A stretch of 64,000 nucleotides of DNA, taken from Neodothiora populina. Taxonomy: Eukaryota. Position numbers and translations under genes: made by a program. Under the pieces are notes generated by a model. That model made no database searches. It had not been told where the DNA came from and saw only the letters and a list, made by a program, of their open reading frames with translations. Within the stretch, counting starts at the first letter, position 1. Each line of letters opens with the position of its first letter. Location: NCBI RefSeq assembly GCF_041146345.1, contig NW_027191417.1, positions 1,550,001 to 1,614,000 on the forward strand. The letters are read 5' to 3'. Shown piece after piece: positions 10,551 to 22,696 of the stretch.

Positions 10551-12386
10551 TCACGTCGCCGGAGGAACTTCATGCCATCGCTCGTCTAGTCCGGCTAGCG
10601 ATTGACGCTGAGCGGCGGGGTCATCGACACTTCGCTGAAAGCGTAACTTCATGGCCCCAATGCTGCCGTCGTTGCCTTGTGTGTACATGGCCAGATTCAG
10701 CACGTCACGCTTGTTCTTGAACAGTGTTTGCTTGCGGTCCTTGACACGCCTGGACTTCAAAGTGTCTTCCAGTGGTGAAAAGATCGGATCGGGATGGCGA
10801 TCATGTACGGCGGAGAAATTGAACTCGACCACAGCGTTCTCAACGCCAGCATACACGAATGGTGAAGTTGAAGAGGGTGAACTCAAATTGTACACTGATC
10901 CCTCGGCGCTTCTTCTCATCCAGCTGTCCGGGCCTCGCCATGAAGAGTTGGCGTAGTGCTCTCGAGGGTTGATGAAGATGTTCCAGTCACTCGCCCGGCT
11001 GCTTTTCTGACTGTCACCCCCAAGGTTGGCATAGTCATACGGACTGCTGCCAGAAACGCGAAGATCAAATACCTTCAATAGGCAATGCCTTGAAGAACCT
11101 GCCACAAACTTGTCTCGGCCTCGCGAGAGTAGCGAGTAGACTGCAGCGTCATCCGTCGGATCACGATACGCCCTTTCGTATGCTGATGGTGAGCGCAGGT
11201 CATGTAATCGAACGACACCATCGTAGCCACCGCTGAGGAACACGTTGGTTTCGCCTGAGTCGCCATTGTCGTCCACCAGCGGCTCGATTGGGTAGACCGC
11301 AGACGCCCTAGCAGATTCGATAGACTCAGTGTCTTCGTTCAGGTTGAGTTTTCGGGCCGGTTCTGCTACGATGCCTTCAGGTCTTATCGTGAAGATGGAA
11401 ATAGGCTCCACAGAGGGGCCAAGACCGACAGCTAGCAGTCTCGGATTGAGGAAGCGGGTGGACCAGATTCTCGCGCCTTTCCGTTCTTGAGGCATAACAT
11501 CAACCTCGCATATAGGAGCAATCTTGAACATGTCCTTTTCCATTTTATACAGCGCAAGCTTCGTGTCGGATAAATTAGCAGCCAACAGCGATCCGTTGTC
11601 TCCATCAAGGCCAGCTGCAGGACACAGTGAAGTGGACCGCACTGGCACTCCATTTGTGACAAAATAGGTCTTGACAGGACCGTCCTCCTCAGCTGGTATT
11701 CGCAACAATTGCAAGTCGCCGTTTGCGGTCCCGATGACCACCTCGTCATCTAGATCAGAGACGTCTGCGTCGAGACATTTTGATGTATCAGGCTTCACTA
11801 ATTTGATACTTGTGATATCATCTCGTCCTTCTACCGCGCTGAAAGGCCGATATGACCACCATCGAATCCTTGTGCCACATGAATCATACTTCTCTTGTCG
11901 ATCTTGTGGCGAGGCATCACGAAAGGCCTTTTCCGTAGCTGTGGTTCGTAGTCGTATTCTCACTACTAATTCCGCGCCAGCACTCCAGGCGACCACCTCA
12001 CGCCGATGATGCCACTTGTCACCGATGTGCTGTTGATAACTGTCAACCGTAGACTGAAACCCCATTGTCTGACCCCCGGGTCGTTTCCATTTTTTGATCG
12101 GTAGGCCCGTGGAAACGGCACTGATATCGCCTCCCGGTTGCAAATACTGTGCAATGAAAGCTCGTCGCTGCCAGTTACGTGACAGCGTTGTTAAGGTGTG
12201 AGCTGCAGACCTCCAATAGGGTGGATAGTTGTACGACGGAAAGTTCGTCTGGTTGAACGTTCGCCATCCTTCAGTCTCTACGAACCCATGCAAGGCGCGC
12301 GAACTTTGCGACAGGTTACTGATCGAGCTTGCCGAGGAATTTTCGATAATGTGATTGAGCAGCTCCGTCGGGAGATCCGCCAGCAT
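10551..12386 (-). CDS. F-box protein with WD40-like beta-propeller region (putative SCF substrate receptor)
   Basis: N-terminal F-box pattern MLADLPTELLNHIIE...LSQSSRALH; WD-like repeats FLSGGYDGVVRLHDLR and FVAGSSRHCLLKVFDLR; 611-aa intronless ORF. Confidence 0.8.
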   Translation of the reverse strand: MLADLPTELLNHIIENSSASSISNLSQSSRALHGFVETEGWRTFNQTNFPSYNYPPYWRSAAHTLTTLSRNWQRRAFIAQYLQPGGDISAVSTGLPIKKWKRPGGQTMGFQSTVDSYQQHIGDKWHHRREVVAWSAGAELVVRIRLRTTATEKAFRDASPQDRQEKYDSCGTRIRWWSYRPFSAVEGRDDITSIKLVKPDTSKCLDADVSDLDDEVVIGTANGDLQLLRIPAEEDGPVKTYFVTNGVPVRSTSLCPAAGLDGDNGSLLAANLSDTKLALYKMEKDMFKIAPICEVDVMPQERKGARIWSTRFLNPRLLAVGLGPSVEPISIFTIRPEGIVAEPARKLNLNEDTESIESARASAVYPIEPLVDDNGDSGETNVFLSGGYDGVVRLHDLRSPSAYERAYRDPTDDAAVYSLLSRGRDKFVAGSSRHCLLKVFDLRVSGSSPYDYANLGGDSQKSSRASDWNIFINPREHYANSSWRGPDSWMRRSAEGSVYNLSSPSSTSPFVYAGVENAVVEFNFSAVHDRHPDPIFSPLEDTLKSRRVKDRKQTLFKNKRDVLNLAMYTQGNDGSIGAMKLRFQRSVDDPAAQRQSLAGLDERWHEVPPAT

Positions 12387-15300
12387 TGTATGCTCGCCTT
12401 TTAGATCCAGAAGCGCTATTTGTAGATGGTACGATAATTCAAATCAGCATCGTAGAGAGTGTAGATAAATATTGCCTTCTCGCCTATACACGTGAGTCAA
12501 CTATTGTTGTAGGTCCGGAATGAAAGTCACAAGTGACGCAATGATATTCATGCGAGAAACAAAACTCTCCACAGACCGACCGCTCCGGAGACACTCCCCG
12601 CCACGCTGATGCCTAGCAGTATGATTACACGTTGACATATCAGTGTCTGGCTATGCCAGCAAATCTTTGACAAGACATATCTATCCAATCTTTGCAGACT
12701 CATACGATGACTGTGACAACTATCTTAATTGTATATCCTTGGCACTAATCCACGTCGCAAGTTATGTCCGTGTCATCTTTCGTAAGTTTATCGTTTGAGT
12801 CACCTACATTTACCTAAAGTAAGGTACTGATACGACAAAGAAACATGTAAACACCTACTATGTAAGGTAAATTAAGGGTGTGCAGTAAGCTGCGACAAAA
12901 GCAAGCATACAAAATCTGATCGGGGATGATCGAGAAGATGCAATAACGACTTGCCAAAAGAAGACTTCCACGCATACAATGGTGGAATGTGCAATGCCCA
13001 GACTGTGAGCATATTTGTACATATCTTAGCTGGTTATGCAGGCCATCCCGGTTATAGAAAGTACTTATGTACATCTACTAGCTGAACATGGTGTTCGAGT
13101 AGACCAGTAGTTGTACCTCCCCAGAAGACACATCAGGTTCTCACACTACTGTGACTTTCGGCGCCCTTCATGTACTGCAATCAAGAGAACATCCTTGTAC
13201 GTTTGTAGTCTAAGAAATCCACTAGCAAATACATGACGACTTCTCTTAGAAGTAGAAAGTCGTCGAGCGTTCCTGCCGATCTCATGTATGGTCTCTGTGA
13301 TTCGAGCCGGCACGGGAATGTTGTAGATGTATTCGAAGTATGTCGGGAAACCCCCTTGAACTCTACTAGCAATCGAGATCTGCTACTCTCCTGCAAAACG
13401 TGACGCATACCGCGGTTACGAACACCTCGGGGGAGATTTTGTGCATTCTGTCGAAAACCTCTGCGTCATGCTGCGTGGTACTCGGGCTAGACACTATATA
13501 GTAGATTTGATGATGCAAAGACAACCTACAAGGGTCATCCTTGGGTACTTACTACTCAAAAATACATTCGAGAATCAATGCAATTCATTTAGGCAGGTGG
13601 CTTATACATTAGAGTCCAGAGACAGAGTCGTGGGCGATCGCCAATCAATTAGTAAGGCTTGAAAACTGCATAAGGAAATGGATAGCACGCGATTGCAAGC
13701 CAGCTTCCATTCTACACCTCGCTGTTCTCATGGCCACGTGTTCACACCGTCTCGGATGCTATACAGCTATGAGCACATAGAAGTTCGTCATTGTCGTCCT
13801 CATGTGACTTTGCAAGGGCTTCATATAGCCGGAGAATGCTGTCTGTCTGAAGAGGGGGCCTGCTCAAGATGCCTACCGGTTTTGCTGCAAGACTATGTTA
13901 GCCTCTTGTATGAAGTTACCTCAGCTTGTACTTTCGAAAGTAGAGGGTGACTCTAGTGTACTTGTGCTCTAGTCTTCCTATCCCGCATCCTCGAGCATCC
14001 TCGAAATCCAGCTCTATTGGCAGGCATACCATTGTAAATTATGAGACGATAGATGCATGACCACAAGGTCAGAATGGACAGGGGGATCGCCTAGATGTGA
14101 GCACCTCGATCGTACAGTAGACCGAATGCGTGTGTTACCTTGCTCGCTTTACTTTCAAAATTGACGGGAAGCTTCGATCACTGCGCTGTATACCCACGTA
14201 TTGGAGAACATGCCGATGTACCCCAACAAGCACGTGATCTACACCAAGGAGCGATCGTCCTAGGCTAGAGCGCAAAAAGTGTGGCTTTCGTGGCAGAGGC
14301 CCTATGAGCAAATGGCAAAGTGATGGTGTAGTCTATGTGCGTCCTTGCCAATACTGTGTTTGGGAGCCTTTCGCGTGCCTCTACGTGCTTCTGTATGGAT
14401 CGGCGCAATCTGCCTGGTTATCCCCGCAGTCGTAGATGGCAATATATTCACCAAGGTACGATTTTTCAGTCTGGAACAACAATTTCCGACCAAAGTGACA
14501 TGCGCGGGTGTGCGGTAGAGTCGTGCTGGACAAGAGCGCTTGACTGCGACGTCGCTAAATTTGGCCCAAGCCGAGGCAAAAGAAGTGTACAGCAGCGAGT
14601 AAAATGCTGAAAGCATGCGATGAATGCTAGTCGCAAAGTGACACTTTCAGACGACTCAACAATCGGCTCGTCGGTCATTTCTGCGCTGAGCATAGTGCCT
14701 CACACGCGGGCAGACCTTCGATTTTTACCCTACCTAGACAGGCTCGTGACGAAGAGACAGGGCGTCTTACCGTGCGCGGCTTGGACATTTACGTTAAGTG
14801 TCTCCGAGAGTAAATCCGCGTGCGTGTCGCGTCAAAAGGTCGCGATTCCCACTAGCTCAAAATGAACCACTTAATGTTCCCGTACACATGTGTGTACTTG
14901 GGGTGGGAGACGAATCTAACATGGCTTAGTCAGCACTCGGCCGAGACGAGAATCAATCTAAGACCTGTCGGCCCATGTGACTCGGATGGTGCAAAGGGGA
15001 GATCCGCATGTTTCTTAAAGGGAGATCCGCATGTTCCTGATTTGTAACTCGTCCAGGTGACCAGCAATTGACTTCAAGAGCTTGCCGCAAGCAAATCAAT
15101 TAGACTTGGTGACAGGCATCACAAATGCTCCCACACTCCGTTGATCCAAGATTCGCCAGATTCAAAAAGTATGGCGGAACGCCTTCATGTAGAAAAGCTG
15201 TCAGAACGTGGTTCGTGATGCCGGTCACCACGTGGTCGATCCAAGATCCATGAGAAGGCTTCAGAGAACGGCGGGTTGCCACCGACGCCCAACTCATCGG

Positions 15301-18300
15301 AGAAAACTCACCGTGTTGCTTGATCCTCGTGGCTCAGCAGGTCTCACCAAGCGGCGCGGCGAAGAACCCGGGTGACTGAAGGGCTGAGACATTGGCTCGT
15401 AGAAGGAAAACATCGTGGTATGCGAAGATGGGGTGGACGGAATCATGGCTTCGAAGAGGGGCGCCGTAGCAAAAGTTCCATTCACGCAGTGTGCACCGGT
15501 AATGTCTCAAACTACCGCGGGCGGTATTGTAGCTTCCGACTGAACCGAATTGATTCTGTCTGAGAGATTGGATGATATCAGCGAATGACTCTGCATTATC
15601 CCGGATATGTGGGAGGTGAGACATGCTGTTAAACATTTGCGAGGAGAAGTATCGAGGATGACTGCGGAAAACGTAGGTCGTCATCTTGGCGGTAATCATT
15701 GGTGAGATTCAGCTTCTTGGCGTCCATTGCCGGCAACCTTGCTGCGCGATTAACGGCCGCAAGGAGGTTTTACCTGAGGTTTTACCTTCTGATTGCAGGA
15801 AGCTGTGGGCGTTGAGATAGGCTTGTGACCTTACCTCTTCCGGGCTGTATCCTTTCGACCTTCAAGGCGTAGCCCTCAAGGTGGAAGTTGCAATCTCACT
15901 ATGTTTCGAGCCATGTGACCATAAGCAAAACAAGATGATGTACTGAGCAAGATTAGGCGCAGACAGGCTAGTATGGAATCCGCATCGAGGGAAAAGTGTG
16001 TCGGAGTGCTGATGGACAACATTGCGCTCTATGATCTGCTTGCGCAAGGGTGCTTCGGCTAAAGCGCTCGACGCTGCTATGATGTACCCGTAATAGATCA
16101 GAGCAACCCTGCTTGCCAGAATCTCGTGTACATGAAAGTGCATCTGGCACGTCCGGGAAGCTATTTGTGAGGATCATGCAGGGTAAGATGCGTCTCTATC
16201 CTTCCCGTTCCGAGATCGGTATTGATGCGAGAACATTGAATCAGTAGGCGTGGTCATTGAGATACGCACCATCTTCCACGACAGCTACTGTATACAACCA
16301 CAGTCAAACTTCTCAAGCCTTATCACGATTCGGGTGGATACGAAACCGCTAAGTGTGATTGTCTGATCATGATCATCCTCTAATCAGCGTAGGTACGTGC
16401 CCACCTCTTATACGTACATTCACTTGACTTTGTACGGTAATGCCAAAGGCGCTAAGCAAGCTTCGGCGACAAGCCTTACTTGCAGGTTGTCACAATGTAC
16501 TGGTAAACCTGATTCGAGAACTTGATAATCTGCAGCTGCACCGTCTGCGCTGCGCATTCCATGCAAGCTGGTAATAGAGGCAGCATAACAATACGGGTGT
16601 TATATTAATCGAACCAGCTGCCGTTCTGGGACGACTGACCCAGGCCTGGGGCTCAAGCTCATATGCTACCGGGTAATGATCAGCCACGTTTTTTGCGGAA
16701 CTCAGGGTCACTCTCAGCATTGACCTTCGATCCGTTTTGGTCCAATGACCGGCACAGATGGCGCAAGAGGAAAGGTCAGAGTGTCTGGAAGAGGCATGGG
16801 AGCAAGACAGACTACCCGAACGCCGTCGACCGTTCGAGCATGACAGAAGAGGCTCACGTCTATGGTCAGCTCCACGTGGGACCTTGTACAATGTCTCAGA
16901 AGGAAAAAAACACGGCGTTATGATTATTCGGCCTTGCATGCAGGAGTTTGTTTAATGAGCCAGGATGCCACGCGACAGACGCCTGCGGCTGGCCGCTTAG
17001 AACGTGGCTTGTGCGACCTATGCACATACTGTACAACGTCCATTGACACGGGGTCGTGGACTCCGCAATGCAAAATAAGAGTTCAAGCCACCGACAAGCA
17101 GGCAGTATTGAGTGATGTGAGGGCATGTCTATCCGCATCGATCACCGTGAACGCGATACGATGTCTGTGGTGCATATCGCAAGGCAAGAGCGCCTTGGGA
17201 TGGGGCCTGAGTGTCTGTTCGGGCCACGATCACACTTGAAAGAGGCCTAGTATTAGAAGGAAAGACTTCAAGACCGCCGAAAATAAAAGGTCAACGGTCA
17301 TCATGTCTTGCATGCTTGCATGACACGGACGGTCCAGCGCTGGGACCGAGTTCGGCTCGCGCTCTCGAGGGTTTTGACGCGCCGCAACGCAGACTTTAGC
17401 GGCTGCAGTGCAAATGAAGGTCGCTGATACCATCCCCAATCATGCATTGAGGGAAAGCTATTTCTGCAATATTTCTTTCGTGCAGCCTGGGATTCCCTCG
17501 GTCCTTGCCAGTAGCCAACCTCCACAATCGGTAGGTTTCCGCAAAGCGTGACTGACCAGGGCGCCATGAGCCGTGTACCCTATTATGTACATTATCTAGG
17601 GGCAGGCGCGCATCGCAGTGCATGCGAGCTGCCATCCATATTGTCATGAAGCGCGACCTACTATGACCATGGTCATTCAATAAATCGTCCCTGCCGTGCG
17701 GCACCATTGCACAAACTCCCGAAGCTCCCCTATTCCATCGCGCACCTTGTCCCGTTTGATTGACTCCGCAAAGCGGCCCTGCCCTACGCTCGCCTGAGAA
17801 CGGACGTGTAAGGCTGGCAGAGAAGAAACCGTTATACCATCTGGAACAGGGCGCCACATTGTCATAAAAAGCGCTGGATCAAGCTTGTCTAGTGCGCTCG
17901 TGTGACTGAGACACTTTTTGTCAGATAAAATCCAAGACATCTACGAGTGCTTGCGCAATCCCTCAGCGTGGGTGATATTTAGTTATATGGTTCGAGTGAG
18001 CCTGTCGGGGAACGCTTGCAAGGGACTTCGACTTTGCAAATCTGGTAGCGAAAGACATCGTCAGCGGGAGCAAAGCAACTTTGGGTCACTCGGCGGCCAA
18101 CGAAATCCGGTATCCGCATCTTTCTCAAGATCGCCACGCGGTTAGTCCATAATCTTTTCGAACTTACCACTTACTGAAGTACTGACATGACACGCACCTC
18201 AAAGGCCCAGAAGTAAGCTCACACTTCGGCCTTCCAACCTCGACATTCTTGGACTCTCAACCCACTTCCTTTGATTTCTCGCACCCGCGACTGCATCAGA

Positions 18301-19168
18301 GGCGCATTTTTTTATTTTCTTACTTTACATCGGAGCAATTTCGCATCGAGCACGGGGTAGCTTTGGGCGGCAACCAAAGAGACTTTCATTCGGCTTCTGT
18401 CCCGCCGCACGATCTTGTCAATCTTTCCCCTGCATCACTCCGTCTCTACAAGGCTGCATCCATCCCGGGGCTCGCGTTAGAATTTGCTTCGACAAGCCTG
18501 GACAATTTCGTGCTGTTAAGCCCTCCGCGCTTTAGATAGTCTCTCACAGAGCTTAAGGCTTCACGCATCCCTCTATATCTTCGGAAGCTTTGGTAACGTC
18601 GACCTACCCGGCAAAGCTCGAACGTCTGATAGCCTCTACCAAAGGTCAGCATACCACATATTTGCAGGACCAGCCGAGCCGTTTTCTCCACATTGTGTAT
18701 GCGATTGTTGTCCTGCTAAACGGGCCTTGATCAACATTACAAGTTGTCCGTAAGACGCAAGTGCTTCTCACAAACTGTGTGGAAGCATTCCAGCTACATC
18801 GCTCATCGCCTGGAAGCCTGCGCGACGACATAGTCTTGTCACTCCGGTACTCTCTTGCCGCATTGAAGCCACAGTAGCGGACCGCACTCGCTTGTCTCTT
18901 TGTTTTCGCGCGCACTTCTACGTCAGACAGCTCTTAAGCTCTGTCTGGATCCGAGGGAACTTCGCAGGAACTTCGCTCGATCCTTCTTTCAAATCAGCCT
19001 TGGTCACTAAATCAGTGGTCTCTGGTACCCGAAGCCTCCACTTACCGAGAAATCGTACTTGTTGATACAGGCTCCCCCTCGCTTGTTTAACATCGAGCTT
19101 CGAAAACTCCAGCGCAAGCCGTGCGGCGTCCGTGGTTCCATCAGAAGGCACCGTAAGGCTGCTCTCTG

Positions 19169-21213
19169 ATGAACTTCTATCTTCATCCAGAGCCACCAAG
19201 TTCCAGCTTTTCTCGGCTGGATAGGTAAGGCTGCCTGCAGTCGAACCGAGCTTTTGCGCTACGATGATACAAGACAACCCACTAATGATGTTGATTTATA
19301 GCGGTGATTATGAGCTTATTGTTCGGCAACAGCCCAAAGAGGCTCTTGTAGCCCAACCGGGCAAGGAGAAGAGTTGGTTTCTCTGCATCCTCGAGATTGA
19401 CCGTAGCTGTACTAATTGCGCTCGTTTAACAGACCGGAAACCGATTGACCCACCTCCGATCGTTCAACTTCAAGTCCCTGAGGTGAAGGACCCGATCCGG
19501 TATGGCAACCTTTGAACCCTGCCAAAGTTATAAGACTGACCTAGATGAAGCCAATTCCTACAGAGTCCCTATCTCTTCATGATGTGCCATCTCGAACCAA
19601 CAGACACATCAATATCTTCTCAAGATGCGAAAGAGGGCCTCATAGGCTCGATCAGCTCATCTCTTCACAGACTCAAAGACATCAACAACGAAGGTTATTT
19701 GATCCATGATTCCAGCGTCCCGATGGGTAACTGACTTCCTAAACAGATGGAGGCTTCTTCGTTTTCGGGGATATTTCTGTGAAGATACCAGGAACTCATA
19801 GACTAAGGTTCACTCTCATGGAGCTACAAAAGTGAGTGTTCTGAGATTTTGCGATTCAATCTCATGCAGCGGCTGACCCTGCCCAGGGATGAAGGTCGCG
19901 TCATCAGTTTACGATCCATCCTTTCGGATCCCTTTAATGGTGAGTGGAACTAGCACAGTACGGGCTTGCTACTGTTGAATTCTTGCTGATCAAAACAGTT
20001 GTGCCCCAAAAACATTGGCGTGGGCTTGAAGAGTCGACATACCTCTCCAGAGCATTCTCAGACCAGGGTGTGCGATTGAGATTGCGCAAGGAAAATCGTA
20101 CCATGAGGTAAGTCACTTCTAAATACACCTGCTTATCAACGGACGATTACTGACATTCGCGTCTGATGACAGTCAAAAACGCAATTATCAGTCCCTACAA
20201 GATCCTCAACCAGGGCCATCGTCTGCTGCGAGTGAGCAAGCAGGCTCGGCCTATGGCGCTAGCCCTGTCAGCTCTCACTATGGTTTCGCTGAAGGTCTGC
20301 CGAAACGCCAACGATCAGATGACTTCAGTCAGCAAAGCATGTATGGCGCAGAAAGAGCAGTCCCTGGATATGCGCATCGCGAGTTCAACCCTGCTTTATC
20401 AAGTATGATCAATTATTCGGTGCAACAACCAGCGCCTAGACAGTCACCACAATCAGCATACGGATTTCAGCAACAACCTAGTTCTAGCACTTCTGCGCCA
20501 GCTTATTTCCCACACGGTCAGCCCGGTCCTTCGGGCTCGAGGCTCGAGTCCAGCAGTCGACAGCCGCAAGTGACTTCCGGCGGGAGTGCCTTTGCGTATC
20601 AAGGAAGTGGTATGAATCCAGGTTTGTCTGCAGCATCACTTATGGAAATAGACACCCTCTGACGGTACCAGACCAAAGCGAATACTTCGCACGGAGATCT
20701 GCAGATAGCTACAGTGGCTCAGGAATGGCGCCAGGAGTTGTGGGTACACCTACGGAGAGCTACCAAAGTGGTGGGCAGCCGATATTCTCAGCACCTACTG
20801 GCCAATCAGCAGGTAGTGGTTCAGCGTCCCTTTACCAGCATCCAAGCATGCCCTCTCCAATGGTATCTGCGACCGGCGGCAGCTCTACTAGCGCTCACAC
20901 GCCAACGTCAGGAAAAGCACCGGCGCTCAACTCTTCAGCACAGTCTTTCAGCCTTCAATCACAACATCTTCCATCCCACCCAGCGTCCTCGCATGTGTAC
21001 GGGTCTCTCGCAGATACGCAACCTTTCGGATATCCCCAACAAGCACCGCAGCATTATGCGCAGCATCCCGAACAACATCAACAACAAGCATATCAACAGT
21101 CTCCGTCGACGACATTGCCACACCTTACACAGCCGCTGACGACACCGCATCAACAACGACCTCCGGATCCTAATGATCCCTATGGCCAGCACTGGCAACA
21201 CTACGGCTCTTAG
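19169..21213 (+). CDS. vosA: Velvet-domain transcription regulator, VosA-like; 9 exons
   Basis: Spliced N-terminal velvet domain [10 protein letters not shown]...[13 protein letters not shown]...FLQSPYLFM...[42 protein letters not shown]...[38 protein letters not shown], then a P/Q/S-rich tail; introns 19225-19301, 19373-19432, 19500-19550, 19694-19746, 19832-19886, 19940-19998, 20108-20172, 20622-20670. An uninterrupted N-terminal velvet domain with many introns fits VosA rather than VeA/VelB/VelC; first exon least certain. Confidence 0.88.
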
Positions 21214-22655
21214 TGTTGTAACGAAATGGTCTTGCGCAATAATGCGCAGACACTCTTTGGACGCATAGGACCCCGTGCTATACCTCTTGCGTCAACTGCA
21301 CTCTTCTGATCCTCGGTCTTGTGTCTTGAAGGGCTGCGAAAGCACGCGCACGGGGAATATTTCTCGGATTATACTATGCTTCAGGCCGCCGAGGAAGATG
21401 AGTGGGTTGAGTCGCATCGAAGCAATGTCCGAGCACTTCACGATGTACTTGGAACTGGATACGCGCGACGAGTGCGAATGATCGTAGCAGAGCCAGATCT
21501 TCTGCTACTAGGACAGAGCGCAATGATACGATGCGATGACGGCGATACGATATGACACGGACCATCAAGCCCGACCCAATCAGTCGGGAATGATACGCAA
21601 CGATGAATTCATAATCAGTGACATAGGGTCACATTTCGGACGTTACGATAACGCTCTTATGCCAGAAAGAGAAGACGGGTCTTTTCAAGGTTTTATGAAA
21701 GTATGGGACGCATCGTTGTTGCCATAGCATGCATGTGCTTCCCTTTTCCCAGGATCACTCCACGCTCGCTTGCCATGTGGGCCTTGAACCATGCGGGCCA
21801 ACCACATGTGTTGAGATTAGGGGGACACGGCTTATGCAAGAGCTCGGCACACAAGTTGTGGATTCAATGGATATGTCAACGAACCGCACTATCGGTAACG
21901 CGATAAGACATTTACGTTCGACCACCCACGTGGAGGAAAGGCATCGATAGACGACGACAAGAGAAAAGCAGTGGCTTTAGGGAACCAGGAGCCTTCTCGG
22001 TGGAACGGATGAGAGAAAACAATGAATGACTTCAGTGGATGCTCTCGACCTCCAGCTCCACCCTTTTGGCTTTGTTCATCGCTTACAGCCCTCGCTGTTC
22101 AAGCTTCTGGAAAAGGAATAACGAGCGAAGGCGTCCTTGGTCGAGGGAAGAGGGAGTGGGGCGGGCATTATCATCAAACATACATCTTTGACACACCATA
22201 TACCCTTGGAATATCATCCTGCTTTAGTTTATTTTTTAATCCTTTCGATTTAGCATCGCCTTCTAATCCATTATCAGAAATGGATTAGAACGAAAACAAC
22301 CCCTTTCTCTCCCTCCTCTCCTTGGATCGTCTGTGACTGTATATACCTCAACGATATTTCGTGCCCACTTAAGCTCGAGTAGACTTTTTGGTCTTTTGTC
22401 TCTACCTTGACACTTTACGAAGGAAAGAAACACAACAGCTACTCGGGCCGAAAGACTCGGGCCGAGGCAACTTCGTGGACTGTGTCTGCTGTGGCCACAA
22501 TATCGTACGCACGTAGCAAAGCACCCTACCTACCTACCTTTACGTGTATTGTCCTCCACAAAAGCTTGAAAGGTCTCGACTTCGAATGGGCTGTAAGGTC
22601 TTATCCTCCCGATCGGCAGTATCCACACGTACGGCTAACAGCGTCTACATATTCA

Positions 22656-22696
22656 CCTTTACCTTTACATTTACATTTGCATTTGCATTTGCATTT
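22656..22696. repeat. Degenerate hexamer array (CCTTTA/CATTTA/CATTTG)n
   Basis: CCTTTACCTTTACATTTACATTTGCATTTGCATTTGCATTT seen directly. Confidence 0.8.

Noticed and set aside
14997..15035. Spaced 16-bp direct repeat as CRISPR-like array or target-site duplication
   Set aside because: Only two copies 23 bp apart, eukaryotic context; simple local duplication
12400..19100. Transposon relic, telomerase RNA, snRNA or TPP riboswitch in the long gaps
   Set aside because: No terminal repeats, RT/transposase motifs, TAACCCTAA template, U-snRNA or TPP aptamer signatures found by eye; an Infernal/RepeatModeler run would be needed to exclude diverged copies
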